Shown one piece after another: positions 1 through 13,200 of a DNA stretch of 64,000 bases. This DNA comes from Massalongia carnosa (Eukaryota): the NCBI GenBank assembly GCA_965645245.1, contig OZ287074.1, positions 1,674,001-1,738,000 on the forward strand, read 5' to 3'. The notes below the pieces were generated by a model. It ran no database searches and was not told the origin of the DNA. It worked only from the letters and a program-made list of their open reading frames with translations. The position numbers were made by a program, and so were the translations under genes. Numbering within the stretch: position 1 is the first letter of the stretch; every line of letters begins with the position of its first letter.

Positions 1-77
1 TGCATCCTTAACATCATGGTCATACAGGCCCCTATCTTTACATAGTCATATAGCCATAGTCATAGACCTATTCAACA
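1..77 (-). mobile_element. LTR fragment, family F (TGTTGAA terminus), cut by window edge
   Basis: Reverse complement (tgttgaataggtctatgactatggctatatgactatg...gttaaggatg) matches the LTR starts at 9133 and 42955. Confidence 0.8.
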
Positions 78-1667
78 CGGAGTTTTTGTACTAATTGAGG
101 TGCTATATGAGACGGAGTTGAAGTTGGAGTTGATTCACGAGGACGAGAAAGAAGTTCTCGAACTTTATCGAGAACAATTTCCGGATTGTATGAAATCAAG
201 CCCGATTGTTTCCAAGCGAACTTTATTGTTGATAATTAAAACGCTCGCGATCGAAACGAGTTAAATGCAGCAAAAAATTCGACTTTGGAGAACGTTTCGT
301 TTTCGTTCTGAATTGCCTCATTGACGGCCTCGAAGTGCCAGTGTTTCAGAGGCTGAAACACACACACATTCAATGACTGCAAGAAATGTGTAGTATGAGA
401 AGATAATCCGAATGGAACAATGTTTTTGATTTCACAATACTCTATAAATTCACGAGTATGATGCGACCCAATACCGTCCATGATCAAAAGTCTTCAAGCC
501 CCTCTCTGGATTTTTTCTGTGTGTTTATCAAAGTGTTTTATCTATTGCAAGCTCAACTAACTATTGGTACAACCCGAGTCAGACGTAGAGATGACAACAT
601 CATCATTCAGGTCATTTTTTACCCAGGGAGCGAGTATGTTAACGCCAGTCACAATTAGAAAAGGGAGAATGTCCTGCCCGGCCCCATTGATACAATCCAC
701 GGCAGTCAGCGATTCTCGATTCGATGGATCAGCACTGTATAATCTTCGAGAATTATCAGCAGTAATTATCTAATCATTTCGTGCCATGCCGATACGATAA
801 CCCGTTTCATCAAAATTCTACTGATCGTCCGAGATTATGCCATATTTGTTCACCACCTCTTGATATTTTTCGAAATGTGCCTTAAACAACTCCAAATCAT
901 GCGCATTTTTGCGATCAGCAGTTACAGGCTTGCTTTTAACCTTGTGAAGATCCGGATGACGTTTCAACCATCTTTTGGTCCAATGCAAGCCGAGAGGAGA
1001 AGAAGACACTAAATCGGGAGCAGTTTGTCGAAAGGATGGAGTTTGCAGCACTTTTCATCATGTGCAAGCGGGTGTCAGGGTCTCGACACGGGGACGAGGA
1101 TCCTCGCCTCGATCGGGGACAGAACGTCTAGACCCTGACAACGCGTCATCGGAGTTATCAGGATAGGAATTTCTTAGGAGTAGGACATCAGAGAGGGGTA
1201 TATATTAGTCGTTTCGGTTCTTATAGATAGCTAGTTGTCAGTTTATTCATTCTATCCTCGCATGCCATAGCCCTATAGGGCTCCCTCCCATCGCCTGTCA
1301 CAATAACCTTACAATTCTGACAACTTTCCCCGAAGGGGGTGACAGTCCGTGGGAGGGGTGAAAACATCACATCGTCGCCTCGAAGTTTTTTTTTTCCCTT
1401 CGTCCAACGCCTATCGCAAATTCGTGTACAGGAAATCGAGCGAGGCCCTACAACATTCGACATCTTCTCCTCATCAGAGATCCCCTGTTCGTCACTACAC
1501 CACTGCCGACAACACCTCGCGAGAACGAACCCAAGGATACACCGAGGATCGTCGACTGAGAGCTCGCCTCAGCGCAACGAAAATATAGACAGCCCCAATC
1601 CACAACCCTACCATCCTCACGCTCGTGTCATCCACTACCAATCAACGAGTCAAGCGACCGAAAATTA

Positions 1668-3299
1668 ATGGCAGGCCGCCAGACAAGAGCAATGGCAACA
1701 GCGAGGCTCACCAGATCGGACGAAGAGATCGAGGACTCTACAAGGAATAATCCGATAGAGCACGGAACCACGAAAAGACGACCCGAGGATAATCCCGAGA
1801 AAGATGAGGACGACGAGGATAAGGAAGATCCCAAAAGGGGAAGAGCACGACGGATCAGCCCATCCGACTCGTCTAGCCTATCAGACACAGATCAACCAGA
1901 AGAGCTACGGAAGATGCCGGAGACACATGAAGTGCAAGAGGTACAGGAGACACAGCTGATCGATAATCTCAGCGACCAGATCACAAGACTAGCTAAGAGG
2001 AACAGGGGTAAGGCAATATCAGACGAGGAGATGGCTGACGCGACTCAACAGAGAGACATGGAATACTCAAGGCGGCAAAAACTCGACGATAGGCTCAGGC
2101 AGGCTCATAACAGGAAATTATCGACGGAGGAAGAAATTGAGCTAATAGAACAGGAGAAACAAAAAGAGAAGAACCGTCAGAAACTACTGACTCTTCAGAT
2201 CGAGAGAGCTCAATTACGGCAGGAAAATCCATTGAAAGAGGAAGAATTACGAAACCTGTTATCTCTACCCGCTAATTCGACCTTTTTCGCCAGCCGAGCA
2301 CATCCGAGGACAGCAAAACCCGCCCTTCCAAGTCAGCAAAAGAGAACCAGTACAGATCGACTGGACTCAAGCGAGGAGGCTATGCTCAATAGAGCGAGGA
2401 AGAAGTCGGGGCTGAAACTTAAACAGCCCAAAGAGTTCACGGGAGAAGAGTCTGATCCAGCCGTTTTCAAACAAAACCTGAAACGGTTCAAACGAGACAT
2501 AAGAGCAAATCTGTACAAGGAGGAGATAACGGACGAACGAGAGAAGATTGACTACGCCGAGGGGTTCCTCGGGGGTAGGGCGGATCGACAATGGGACAAA
2601 GCCAAGCTCGGAATGTCACAACCAACACTAGAGGAGCTGTTCAACGTGATCGAACAATGCCGAGGAGACCCACATCTCATCATGTTAAAGGCACAACAAA
2701 CGTGGCTCGAGGTAAGGCAAGGCCTCTATCAGACAGCTCGGGAACACTGGGACGCCCTCGAGCGGATTCAAAGCACACTGCCACTCCAAGACGACAACGA
2801 GACAGATTTAAAAATCCGCTTCGTTCGAACAATTCGAAAGCCGAGCATAATTCCTTTCACAGCACATCAAGTAGCAAACATGGCAGAATCTGAACTCATC
2901 GATTATGTGGAAGAAAGAGACCCGACTAAGAACACCTCTCAACAGAACAGACGGGATGATAAAGAAGGACAGCCATCATACGATCACACTAGAGGAGGTT
3001 TCCGAGGAGAACAACGAAGCGGGCCTTCATCGAGGCCAATGGACTTGAGACCCAAATCCGTGGAAAACGACAGGACTCTCGCATCGGACAAAGTGCCAAA
3101 CGAGGAGAAAGATCGCAGACGTCAGGCGGGACTATGTATCAAGTGTGGTAAAGGCCCACATCGGATGGAGGAATGCAAAACAGGATGGTTCTATAGAGGA
3201 GGAGATCCTCGGATCAACAAACACCAGTCGACGAACATTGATTCCAACCCTAATCTACTACCGATTAGAGAAGAACAGGGAAAAGGCCGGGCTCAGTAG
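1668..3299 (+). CDS. gag: Gag of element A
   Basis: 543-aa ORF with CIKCGKGPHRMEEC zinc knuckle, just after 5' LTR. Confidence 0.92.
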   Translation: MAGRQTRAMATARLTRSDEEIEDSTRNNPIEHGTTKRRPEDNPEKDEDDEDKEDPKRGRARRISPSDSSSLSDTDQPEELRKMPETHEVQEVQETQLIDNLSDQITRLAKRNRGKAISDEEMADATQQRDMEYSRRQKLDDRLRQAHNRKLSTEEEIELIEQEKQKEKNRQKLLTLQIERAQLRQENPLKEEELRNLLSLPANSTFFASRAHPRTAKPALPSQQKRTSTDRLDSSEEAMLNRARKKSGLKLKQPKEFTGEESDPAVFKQNLKRFKRDIRANLYKEEITDEREKIDYAEGFLGGRADRQWDKAKLGMSQPTLEELFNVIEQCRGDPHLIMLKAQQTWLEVRQGLYQTAREHWDALERIQSTLPLQDDNETDLKIRFVRTIRKPSIIPFTAHQVANMAESELIDYVEERDPTKNTSQQNRRDDKEGQPSYDHTRGGFRGEQRSGPSSRPMDLRPKSVENDRTLASDKVPNEEKDRRRQAGLCIKCGKGPHRMEECKTGWFYRGGDPRINKHQSTNIDSNPNLLPIREEQGKGRAQ

Positions 3300-6019
3300 A
3301 CGACCCCTCTCTACTGGGAATCATAACCTCGGGGGGAGAAATACGAGAAATACCGCAGTCGGCAAACAATTCCGACAGACAGAAACCCCAGCCGAGGAGC
3401 GACGAGGAGGATGAGTCACAATCCGGAGTAGAAACCACAAGCGCCTCCCCTATTCAACTCCACGTATACTTAAAGTCAAAGGACAGTCAATCGATAAAGG
3501 CTAATGCATTCACCGACACATGCGCTGAAGTCAATATTATCACTCTTTCACTGCTACAAAAGCTAGATCTTACGGCAAAAATAAATCGATTTCAGGCTCA
3601 AGGAAGAAACTTTGATGGAAGCATCATCAAGTTGGTCGGGTCAATCGAATTAAAAGCTTCTATCTGCGATACCGAAAACAATAAACTAGAAACAACCGAC
3701 ACTTATATTGTAGCCGGAACCGCACCAAATGATATCATGCTAGGACTACCATTTCTCGAGAAACACGACCCAGAGTATAACCTCAAAAAACGGAGACTGC
3801 GATGGAGGATTCAGGCATGCCAGCACAGAAGAAAAACAAAAAGACAAAGAGGATATGGACTACCATCGTATCCAGAACATATCAATTCGATACAGGCAAA
3901 AATCTTCCCGACACTAGCAGCCCTAAACATACGGTGTCCTATCCTACTCGGCGCACTTACACAGATAATTACTCCGCCATCAATGCCAAAATTCTCAAAC
4001 AACAACGAGGACAAAACCGAGGACGCCGAGGACGAGACCGAGGAGACCGAGGACGAACTCAATAAGAAATTATCCTCGTCAAAAATTATCGACCCTCTAC
4101 CAACAGAACTTCAGGATTTTTGGGAACTCTTCAATCGAAAGGATAAGCCATTACCCGAACACTCACAATGGGATCACGCCATCAACATCGAACCCGGAAA
4201 GAAACCACCATTTGTGTCCCTGTACAATCAATCATCAACGGAGCTGCAGTCTCAAAAACAATACCTACAAGACCATCTCCGAGAAGGCCTCATACGACAC
4301 TCACAATCCTCGGCTGGAGCCTCGATGCTCTTTCGACCAAAGAAAGACGGAGGCCTTCGACCCTGTATAGACTACAGAGGATTGAACAATATCACCATCA
4401 AACATCGATGTCCATTACCGCTGATAACAGAAAGCCTAGATCAATTAGGAGGCGCAAGATGGTTTACAAAGTTAGACATCAAGGATGCATTCAATCGACT
4501 TCGAATAAAAATGGGAGATGAATGGAAGACAGCATTCCGGACCCGATTCGGACTCTTCGAATATTTAGTTATGCCCTTCGGATTAACGAACGCACCCGCA
4601 TCCTGGCAAGCGTTTATGAATCGCTCCTTCGCCGAATTTCTAGACATATTCGTTCTCGTTTATCTAGACGATATATTAATCTACAGCAAGACACGAGGGA
4701 CATATAGAACACGTCCGAAAGATTCTGAAGCGTCTCGAAGAACTCAATTTATACCTCAAACTATCTAAATGCGAATTCTTCAAGAATGAGTTGTCCTTTC
4801 TAGGATTCATCGTGAGCGAAAATGGGATTAGTATGGAGGAAGAACGAGTCAAAGCAATACTAGAATGGGCCATACCAAAATCAGTCAAAGACATTCAGAT
4901 ATTTATAGGATTCACCAACTTTTACAGACGATTCGTAAGAAATTACGCACGTACAGCAACGCCACTACTAGAACTGCTCAAAACGGGACCAGGCAAGAGG
5001 AAGAAGAAAGCACATAAGACGAGCGAGGCCAATAAAAATGCCTCGGGAGGACGCTCGCGAGGAGAGCCGAGGAAAACAAAGCAAGGATTCGGCCTAACAA
5101 AAGAAGCCGAGGAAGCCTTCCTGAAACTCAAAGCGATTTTTACCAAAAAGCCGTTGCTGCGACATTCGACCCTAAGAAACCTACAAGAGTGGAGATAGAC
5201 GCTTCAGACGATGCAGGGGGAGCTGTCCTTTCTCAACCACACGGAGAAGGGTCGGAGAAGCATTGGCAACCAGTAGCATACTGGAGCAAGAAATGGGACA
5301 CAGCGGAACGGAACTACGGGACCCACGACCAGGAATTGCTAGCAATCGTATTATCCATGACCCATTGGCGACACTACTTGGAGGGGGCCCTATACAAAAT
5401 CAGCGTCATAAGCGATCATGCAAATCTACAGTACTTTATGACAACCAAACAACTTTCACGAAGGCAAGTCAAATGGGCAAACAAGCTGACAGCATTTGAT
5501 TTCAGAATCACATACCAGAAGGGCACAGCAAATCCAGCGGATGGACTATCCAGACGGCCCGACTACAAAGGAAACAATGAGGATACTTCACAAGACACCG
5601 CTAGCCTAAATTATCTCAAAGACATTCTCAGCAGCAAACCCCGAGGCGAGCGCTCGACCTCACGAGGACCACTTCTAGCAATCATGACCAGGGCAGCGAT
5701 GAAAGCCAAGAAGAAGCCGACAGGAGACACAACAGTTCGAAAACCAATTCACCCCTTCGGAAAGGCCAAACGTCTACAACAGGTAGCTCAGGGTCTTCAA
5801 AGGGCACATTTGGGTGAAGGGCTTGATCAACCCTCAAAGGTGCTGACACCGAGCCTTGAGCAAGCCGGTGTTAGCAAGGTCATCAGCGGCGTCAGGCAAG
5901 AAGCCTCGGCGATAGCGCAGAGTCTCCCATCAGCGGAACTCGAGCAAGTGGTCCTCGTGGGACCACGTGTGATTGTGGGCGCGACACAGTCACACCCTAA
6001 GTTCGAAAGAACAAGGGAC

Positions 6020-6099
6020 GGGTCAAAAGGTCAGGCAAAATCTGGGTCGAAAGGTCAGGCAAAATCTGGGTCAAAAGGTCAGGCAAAATCTGGGTCAAA
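6020..6099 (+). repeat. 24-bp tandem repeat x3.3 (GSKGQAKS) inside pol A
   Basis: gggtcaaaaggtcaggcaaaatct repeated. Confidence 0.9.
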
Positions 6100-6861
6100 T
6101 GGAAAATACACCAGAACATCAGGACATCTAGGGAGACAGGAAGAGGACACACAAAGCACAATGACGAAACGCAGACGTTCAAGCACGAACGGGAGCAGAC
6201 ACGAGGACAGAGTAAGCGAAGGCGAGGACACCGAGGCGAGGGCCTCGCGGGCAAACACCTCTAAAACAAAGGAAGACACTTCGATAGATGGCGTCATAGG
6301 AAACAACTCGAAACGACTCAAAATCTCAGAGACTCAAGACACAGAGCTCAATAAGGGACTCAACAGCATTAACATAGGCACAACGACACACACCGAAGAC
6401 TCCTCCGAGGACCTCGTACAAGAAATTTGCACACAGAAAAACAGGGACGAGGAAGTACAAACTGTACGCAAGCACTGGACATCATCATCAAAGAATCCCA
6501 AAACATCAGCCCGCTTCAGTCGGTGGAGTGAAGGATCGAATAATATTCCTCTATTCGATAATGCAATCTACGTACCCGACTTTAATGGTCTGAGAACAGA
6601 AATTATACGCCGACATCACGATGATATGATAGCAGGACATCTAGGAGCGACACGCACAATGGATTTAATCAAACGAGTCTTCATGTGGCCATCAATCAGA
6701 AAAGATGTGAAAACATATTGTCAAACCTGTCACTCTTGTCAGCAAAACAAGACACTTCGACATAAACCATGGGGACAATTGAAGCCACTACCAATCGCAA
6801 AACGAATATGGGGAAGCATAACCATGGACTTCATAACGGACTTGCCCTCAAGTCTTGATAC

Positions 6862-7405
6862 TGTCATGAAACGGCTTCGAACCAAAAGGATCTCGGCCTT
6901 ATCCCTAGTTGCCCCCTCTATCCTGTCCCTACCTACCGTACCGCAGGTTCATTGGAGCTACCGCGGGTTCATTGGACCTAACGCAGGTTCATTGGACCTA
7001 ACGCAGGTTCATTGGAACTACCGCGGGTTCATTGGACCTACCGCGGGTTCATTGGACCTACCGCAGGTTCATTAGACCTACCACAGGTTCATTGGTCAGT
7101 GCGCGCTGTTCCAACCTTTCTCGATGCGGTTAGATCGAGTACGGCTCCGCCTCCGATCTTCGAAACCATAATTACCCGGTCCCCATTAGGTGTCTTCGTA
7201 TTAACTTAGGAAAAGGAGATGAATAGGAGACATCGAAGATCAAGGAAACAAAGGGGTAAGGAGGTGAGGAACAGATATAAAAGAAGGGGTCGAGTCTCGA
7301 AAGTTCTGGCTCCTTGTCCGACGTCTTGAATAGCCAATCTAGCCTAGCTGTAGCTATAGACTCAGTCAATTAGAAAGCTTGACCATCCAATCCAGTCCCT
7401 TGACA
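6862..7405 (+). mobile_element. Solo LTR (544 bp) in integrase of A, related to C/D LTRs
   Basis: tgtcatgaaa...ccttgaca, TSD GATAC (6857-61, 7406-10); shares ctccttgtccgacgtcttg with the C/D LTR; integrase rejoins as LPSSLDTWNTSFDSI. Confidence 0.93.
6940..7096 (+). repeat. 20-bp tandem array x~8 within solo LTR
   Basis: accgcaggttcattggacct variants, no spacers. Confidence 0.92.
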
Positions 7406-10272
7406 GATACATGGAACACGTCGTTCGATAGCATAATGGTTATAGTGGATAGATTATCCAAAATGGCTTACTACCTACCATGTCGCAAAACGATGAAGGC
7501 CTCGGACCTCGCGAGCATCTTCCTCGATCGAATAGTTCGTTATCACGGCATTCCAGACGACATAATCACAGACCGAGGAAGCTTATTCACGTCAGAATTT
7601 TGGACCTCGCTTTGTTATCACCTGGTGATAAAACGAAAACTCAGTACCGCTTTTCATCCATCAACCGACGGTCAGACTGAGCGGCAGAACCAGACTCTAG
7701 AAGCCTACCTCCGTGCTTTCTGCAACAGTACACAAGATGATTGGGTAAAACTACTCGCCACCGCAGAATTCGCATACAACAACAGCAAACATACGGCAAC
7801 CGGTTATACACCATTTTTTATAATCACTGGAAGACATCTAAAAATGGAGTTTGCGATAGAAAAACACGAGAAAGAATCTCAATCAGCTACAGAACACGCA
7901 GAGCATCTCAGCAACCTCCGCGAGGAACTGAAATATCGCCTTGCCGAGGCAAACGTTCAGTACTCGACTCATTATAATAAGAAGAGACTTCCAAAAAGTT
8001 ATAATGTAGGAGAAATGGTTTGGTTAAACGCAAAGAACATCAAGACCAAAAAACCATCAAAGAAATTGGAGGCTCGTCGCTACGGACCCTACAAAATAGT
8101 CGAAAGAATAGGAAGACAGGCTTATCGACTAGACCTGCCATCAAGATCTCGAATTCACCCGGTGTTCAACGTCAATCTGATAGAATCGTTTCATCCTCGC
8201 GAGGGAGAGGAAAATCGACCGCCAGCCACAGAACTGCTAGTAGAAGATGCCGGCAACGAGTCATGGGAAGTAGACGGAATTCTAGACTCGCGAAGAACAA
8301 CAAACGGACGAGTGGAGTACTTGGTAAAATGGACGGACTTCGGGATAGAGGACTGCACGTGGGAACCCTTAGACAACCTGACCACATGTCAAGCTACTGT
8401 CCGGGCCTTTCACAAGAAAAATCCCGATAAACCAAACGGAGCTACGATCAGGAAAGAAAGAAACACGAGGAAAGAAGCGGGCGAGAAAAAGACTGCACAC
8501 ATTCAAGAAGAAATCGAGGGCTAAAATGAACACACGAGGGCAACGAGGACGTCGTCATATAAAGGGGGGAGGTAATTGTCAGGGTCTCGACACGGGGACG
8601 AGGATCCTCGCCTCGATCGGGGACAGAACGTCTAGACCCTGACAACGCGTCATCGGAGTTATCAGGATAGGAATTTCTTAGGAGTAGGACATCAGAGAGG
8701 GGTATATATTAGTCGTTTCGGTTCTTATAGATAGCTAGTTGTCAGTTTATTCATTCTATCCTCGCATGCCATAGCCCTATAGGGCTCCCTCCCATCGTCT
8801 GTCACAATAACCTTACAGCGGGCCGGTATGCCAAAAGCGTCCAGTTTCAGAAGATATAGACGTAGGGCCAGGTCCTGATCGGGTTTCTGTCACGATAATA
8901 TAATATACACATCACTACTCCTGTTACCTACAAGCTTTTGATAGCATGCTTTCGTATTCTAACACTTGCTTATCTCCGTTATAAGCCCGGCTTAACCGGG
9001 TAACTCTTTAGTCCTTCCATGATGGGAGCAGGTCCAGATTGGGACTTGTCCAGATTAGCTGTATATAGACGAGCTTGCTCGCATATCTCAATAGACACAC
9101 CCTTATTATGATGATTAACTCAGTTTAAGAATTGTTGAAATAGGTATATGACTATGGCTATATGGCTATGTAATAATAAAGGTATGTATGACCGTGATGT
9201 TAAGGATGAAGAGTTGCTAGGCAGCAATCTTTTCCTATTACTGGTCACCCCCTTCTAAGCGAGGTGATCTTATCTTATCTTGGGACTAAGCCTAATGCGG
9301 CATTGTAAGAGTCAGACCTGGCGATTATCAGACACCAGGCCTAGGGATATGTGACAATGTGAAGACACTAATGATTTGCTATACTAATATACTAAAAGAA
9401 GTATGTAGGTAAAGCGGAAGACTAATCGTTGAAGATTGCATCTCCCTCGAGCAGCCTCCTTATATACCCGGACCGAAGCCCTTGACCCTCTGGGCCCTTG
9501 ATACTGTAACTATCTTGACCGCCCATTACTCCTACCGGATAAGCCGGCTAAACACTCTGCTGACTGCATCGTGGACACTGTGCTGACTGTATCGTGGACA
9601 CTGTGCTGACTGTATCGTACCATCCGCTCACTAATCGTACGAGCATCCTCGTATATCTCGATCGCTCGTACTATACTCTCGGCAGTAGATACCAGCCGCG
9701 TAACGCAGACCAACTGCTTTCCATATGACTAAGCCTAGCCGTAGAACTAAGCCCCGCTTAGTTAGCTTAGCCCTTATTCCTTCTATGCCCTGACAATTGC
9801 CTCCTCTCCTATAGTGCTGGTCCTCCAGCACGTACAGTACTCGAACGCGGAAGGGAGTGTGTAGGGACGTGATAGAAGATGTCGCGTAGATAGCAAGTTT
9901 GTTGTGTAGAAAGCGCGAATACCTGGCGCTTGACGTAGGTAGATGTAAATATCACTAGCTTCTCGGTAATGCTGGGTCGCCGATGCCGCTCCGAGCGCTA
10001 GAAGTAGCGGAGAAGGGGACGATGGCGATTAGCAGCAGAGATCCGAGCTCGGTAACGCTAGCGTTGATGGTTTGTTGATTTAGGTGAAGACGGTGAGGAG
10101 TACGAGATTGTTGTCTCCGAAAGCTCCTCCAGCGAGAGTCTCAAGGAAGAAAAGGGTGATGAGGAGTCGGACGAGGAAGTAGAAGATACTGATGGTGATG
10201 ATGAGGTGCCGGACGAGAAAGCAGAAGGTTCCGATGGTGATGAGATGGCGAATAAGAAGGGTTTCGCTGGAT

Positions 10273-13200
10273 TCAGCGAGTAACATGTAGTTTCTTGATT
10301 CGCCTGCGCTTTGCTTTCGGCTTTGCATCGAAATCCTGCTTCAGTTCTAAGGCTCCATCCAGATCTTTCTCTGGTACCCACTCATCATATTCTTCAGGGT
10401 ATCCTACCCATTTTACCTTATAGAATATTTCCCCTTTCTCAGACCTTCTACCTATAATTTCTTCCACTTCCCATTCCTGTTCATCGTTAATAATTTCAGG
10501 TGGGGGTAGAAACGGTATATGCTCTTGACCATCTCTTCGCTTGTAAGGTTCTAGGTAAGAGACATGAAAGACCGGGTGAATTCTATAAGTCGTAGGAAGA
10601 GCAAGACGATACGCCTGCTTGCCGACTGCTTCTAGAATGCGAAAAGGACCTAAAAACTTATGTGAAAGTTTCTTACTAGGCCTTTTTTGTTTTAGATTCT
10701 TGGCAGATAACATTACCAAGTCCCCTTCATTGAAATCTTTCTCATGTTTCCTGTTGTAGTACTTGGCCTGCGCTTCGGATACGCTTTTCCAGCGTGCCTC
10801 TAAAGAATATCTGAACTCGTGTAATTGCTTTACTCGTTCTTTCGCAGCGGGCACCCTCTCCACAGCGATGTCGTCCCCGACTTCGTAGCGAATCTCCGGG
10901 TTATAGCCGTACATACAATAAAAGGGGCTGCACCCAAGCGTACTTTGATAACTGACTTGGTAGACAAATTGTGCTAGGGGCAATAGTGCCACCCAGTTGG
11001 ATTGATTGTCAGTGCAGTAAACTCTCAAATAGTGTTCAAGGGTCTGGTTTTGTCGTTCGGTTTGGCCATCAGTTTGAGGGTGAAAGACCGTGCTAAGCCG
11101 GCGTTTCGTCTTTAAATGAAAACAAATTTCTGACCAGTACTCACTGGTAAAGACCGACCCTCTATCCGATACTATGCCCTCAGGAGTGCCGAACTGTAAT
11201 ACTACCGATTCAAACAGAATTTCTGCAAGGTCCACTGCATTGATTTTTTTCGTAACCGGGATGTATAGCGCCATTTTGGTATATCTATCCACAATTACTA
11301 GGCACGAGTCATAAACCCGGCCGAAACGCTTGCTAGGTGGAAACCCAGTTATGAAATCCATAGTGATTTCTTTCCAAGGACCGGAAGGACGTGGAAGCGA
11401 TTGCATAACCCCGTAAGATCGGTGCCTAGGCGCCTTCGTCCTTTGACAAATGTCGCAGGATTCCGTGTACTTCTTCACAGTCATGTTAAGTCCTTTCCAA
11501 TAGTATTTGCGGGTAAGCAACTCAGCTGTTTTCTCCGCACCAAAATGACCCGCGAGCTCGTCGTCATGATGACGCCGCAACAGCTCCGCACGAATAGATT
11601 CTTCATCGGGCACGTAAATTCTGCCACGATGATTGAGAAGATCATTGCTATCTATAGTCCAAATTGCTTCGGGGGAGCGACCACCCTTGCGCTTCAAAGA
11701 CTTAGCAACGGTCTCTCGCCTGCTAGACACGAATGCGTCTTTCCCCTGTAGCGCCTTGATGAGTTCAAGCACTGACTTGGAAGCACTTTCCAAAGGCTTT
11801 TCTTCATCTGATAAGGCAACAGCTACAGCCCGGGGAATACATTGCGTCAAGCCGACTTCAAAAGTATCACTCTCTTCGTCAAGAGAAGTAATTGATTTAG
11901 AGGTTTCACCCTCTAAATTCTCCAGGGGTTCAATCCCGGACGAAGCTATCTTTGAGCGAAGATCATACCTAAGTGCGGCAAGCACCGTACGAATCCCCGG
12001 CGTATAACCTACGCATAAGGAATCTATTTTGCTCAGCTTCTTTTGAAGAGTAGGCAACAATCTCGTCACCTCGGTGTTGATGCTCTGATAATCAGGGCGC
12101 CTAGACGGTGCATCGGCAGGATTGGTCTTTCCCGAGCGATGCATGATTACGAAATCATAAGCGGCTAATTTCATAGCCCATCGCGCTTGCCGACCACTCA
12201 ACACCTTAATATTCATAAAACCCCTCAAATTGTTGTGGTCTGTCAGGACCTCAACGGGGTGCAGGCTACCCTCCAGGTAATGCCTCCAGTGTTTAAAACA
12301 CATCACAATGGCCAGCAACTCTTGATCATGGGTTTCATGGTTGCGCTCGGCCGGTATCATCTTCCGCGAGTAGAAAGCGACGGGATGCCATTGCCCATCC
12401 TTCTGCAACTGGGAGATAATGCCAGAGATTCCGAAATCCGATGCATCGGTCTCTAGGCGAATGAGCAGTTCTGGATCGAAGTGAACCAAGATGGGCGCGC
12501 CCTGAAAGGCTTCTTTCAGCTTGCTAAACGCTTCCGCTCCTTCGGCCGTAAGATAAAAAGTACCCCTTTTTATCCCAGCCTGCATGCCTTTCAGCATGTC
12601 AGTCAATGGCCTAGTGATTTGAGAATAATGACGTATGAAACGTCGATAGAAATTGGCGAATCCTAGAAAGACCTGAATGTCTCGAAAGGACTGAAGTGCA
12701 GGCCAATCCCGCACGGTTTCAACCCGGCGTGGATCCATGGAGATACCATCGCTGCTAATGATAAACCCTAGATATTCCACGGCCGGAGCAAAGAACTCGC
12801 ACTTTTTAAGATTTGCATAGAGATCGTGTTTCCTTAGACGACGTAACACCTCTTTAACATGCTCCACATGGCTGGTTCTATCTTTGGAAAATACCAATAT
12901 ATCGTCCAGATAGACTACGCAGAAAACATCCACGATCCCAGATAAAGCTTTATTGATGTAAGCTTGAAAAGTTGCAGGGGCGTTGGCTAATCCAAAAGGC
13001 ATAACCATATACTCGTAGTGTCCGTAACGGGATCGAAATGCCGTCTTCCACTCGTCGCCCTTGCGGATTCGGAGACGATGATAAGCATCTCGCAAATCCA
13101 TTTTGGTAAAATAGGAACACCCGTTTAACTGATCCAGTATCTGCGTGATAAGAGGGAGCGGATGACGATTCTTCTTGGTCACCTTATTCAATCCTCGATA

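Larger units (their letters stand above)
3278..8524 (+). pseudogene. pol: Pol of element A (PR-RT-RH-IN-chromodomain), disrupted
   Basis: YLDD RT, DASD/DHANL RNase H, H..GHLG/CxxC and DGQTE integrase, EYLVKW..TWEP chromodomain. Frameshifts near 4698 and 5166; solo LTR inserted at 6862-7405. Confidence 0.93.
1073..8817 (+). mobile_element. Ty3/Gypsy chromovirus LTR retrotransposon A
   Basis: 241-bp LTRs 1073-1313 and 8577-8817 (TG..CA, one C/T difference seen), TSD GCGGG (1068-72, 8818-22), polypurine tract (PPT) aaaggggggagg before 3' LTR, gag and pol. Confidence 0.97.

Noticed and set aside
5189..7075. 628-aa ORF with QVHW repeats as a novel protein
   Set aside because: Pol fragment reading through into the inserted solo LTR
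6940..7096. Regular 20-bp repeats resembling a CRISPR array
   Set aside because: Head-to-tail with no spacers, inside a TSD-flanked LTR of a eukaryote
9256..9264. TAAGCGAG motif shared by pogo TIRs and LTR family F
   Set aside because: A short match only; F has LTR ends and a 5-bp TSD, so there is no support for a functional link
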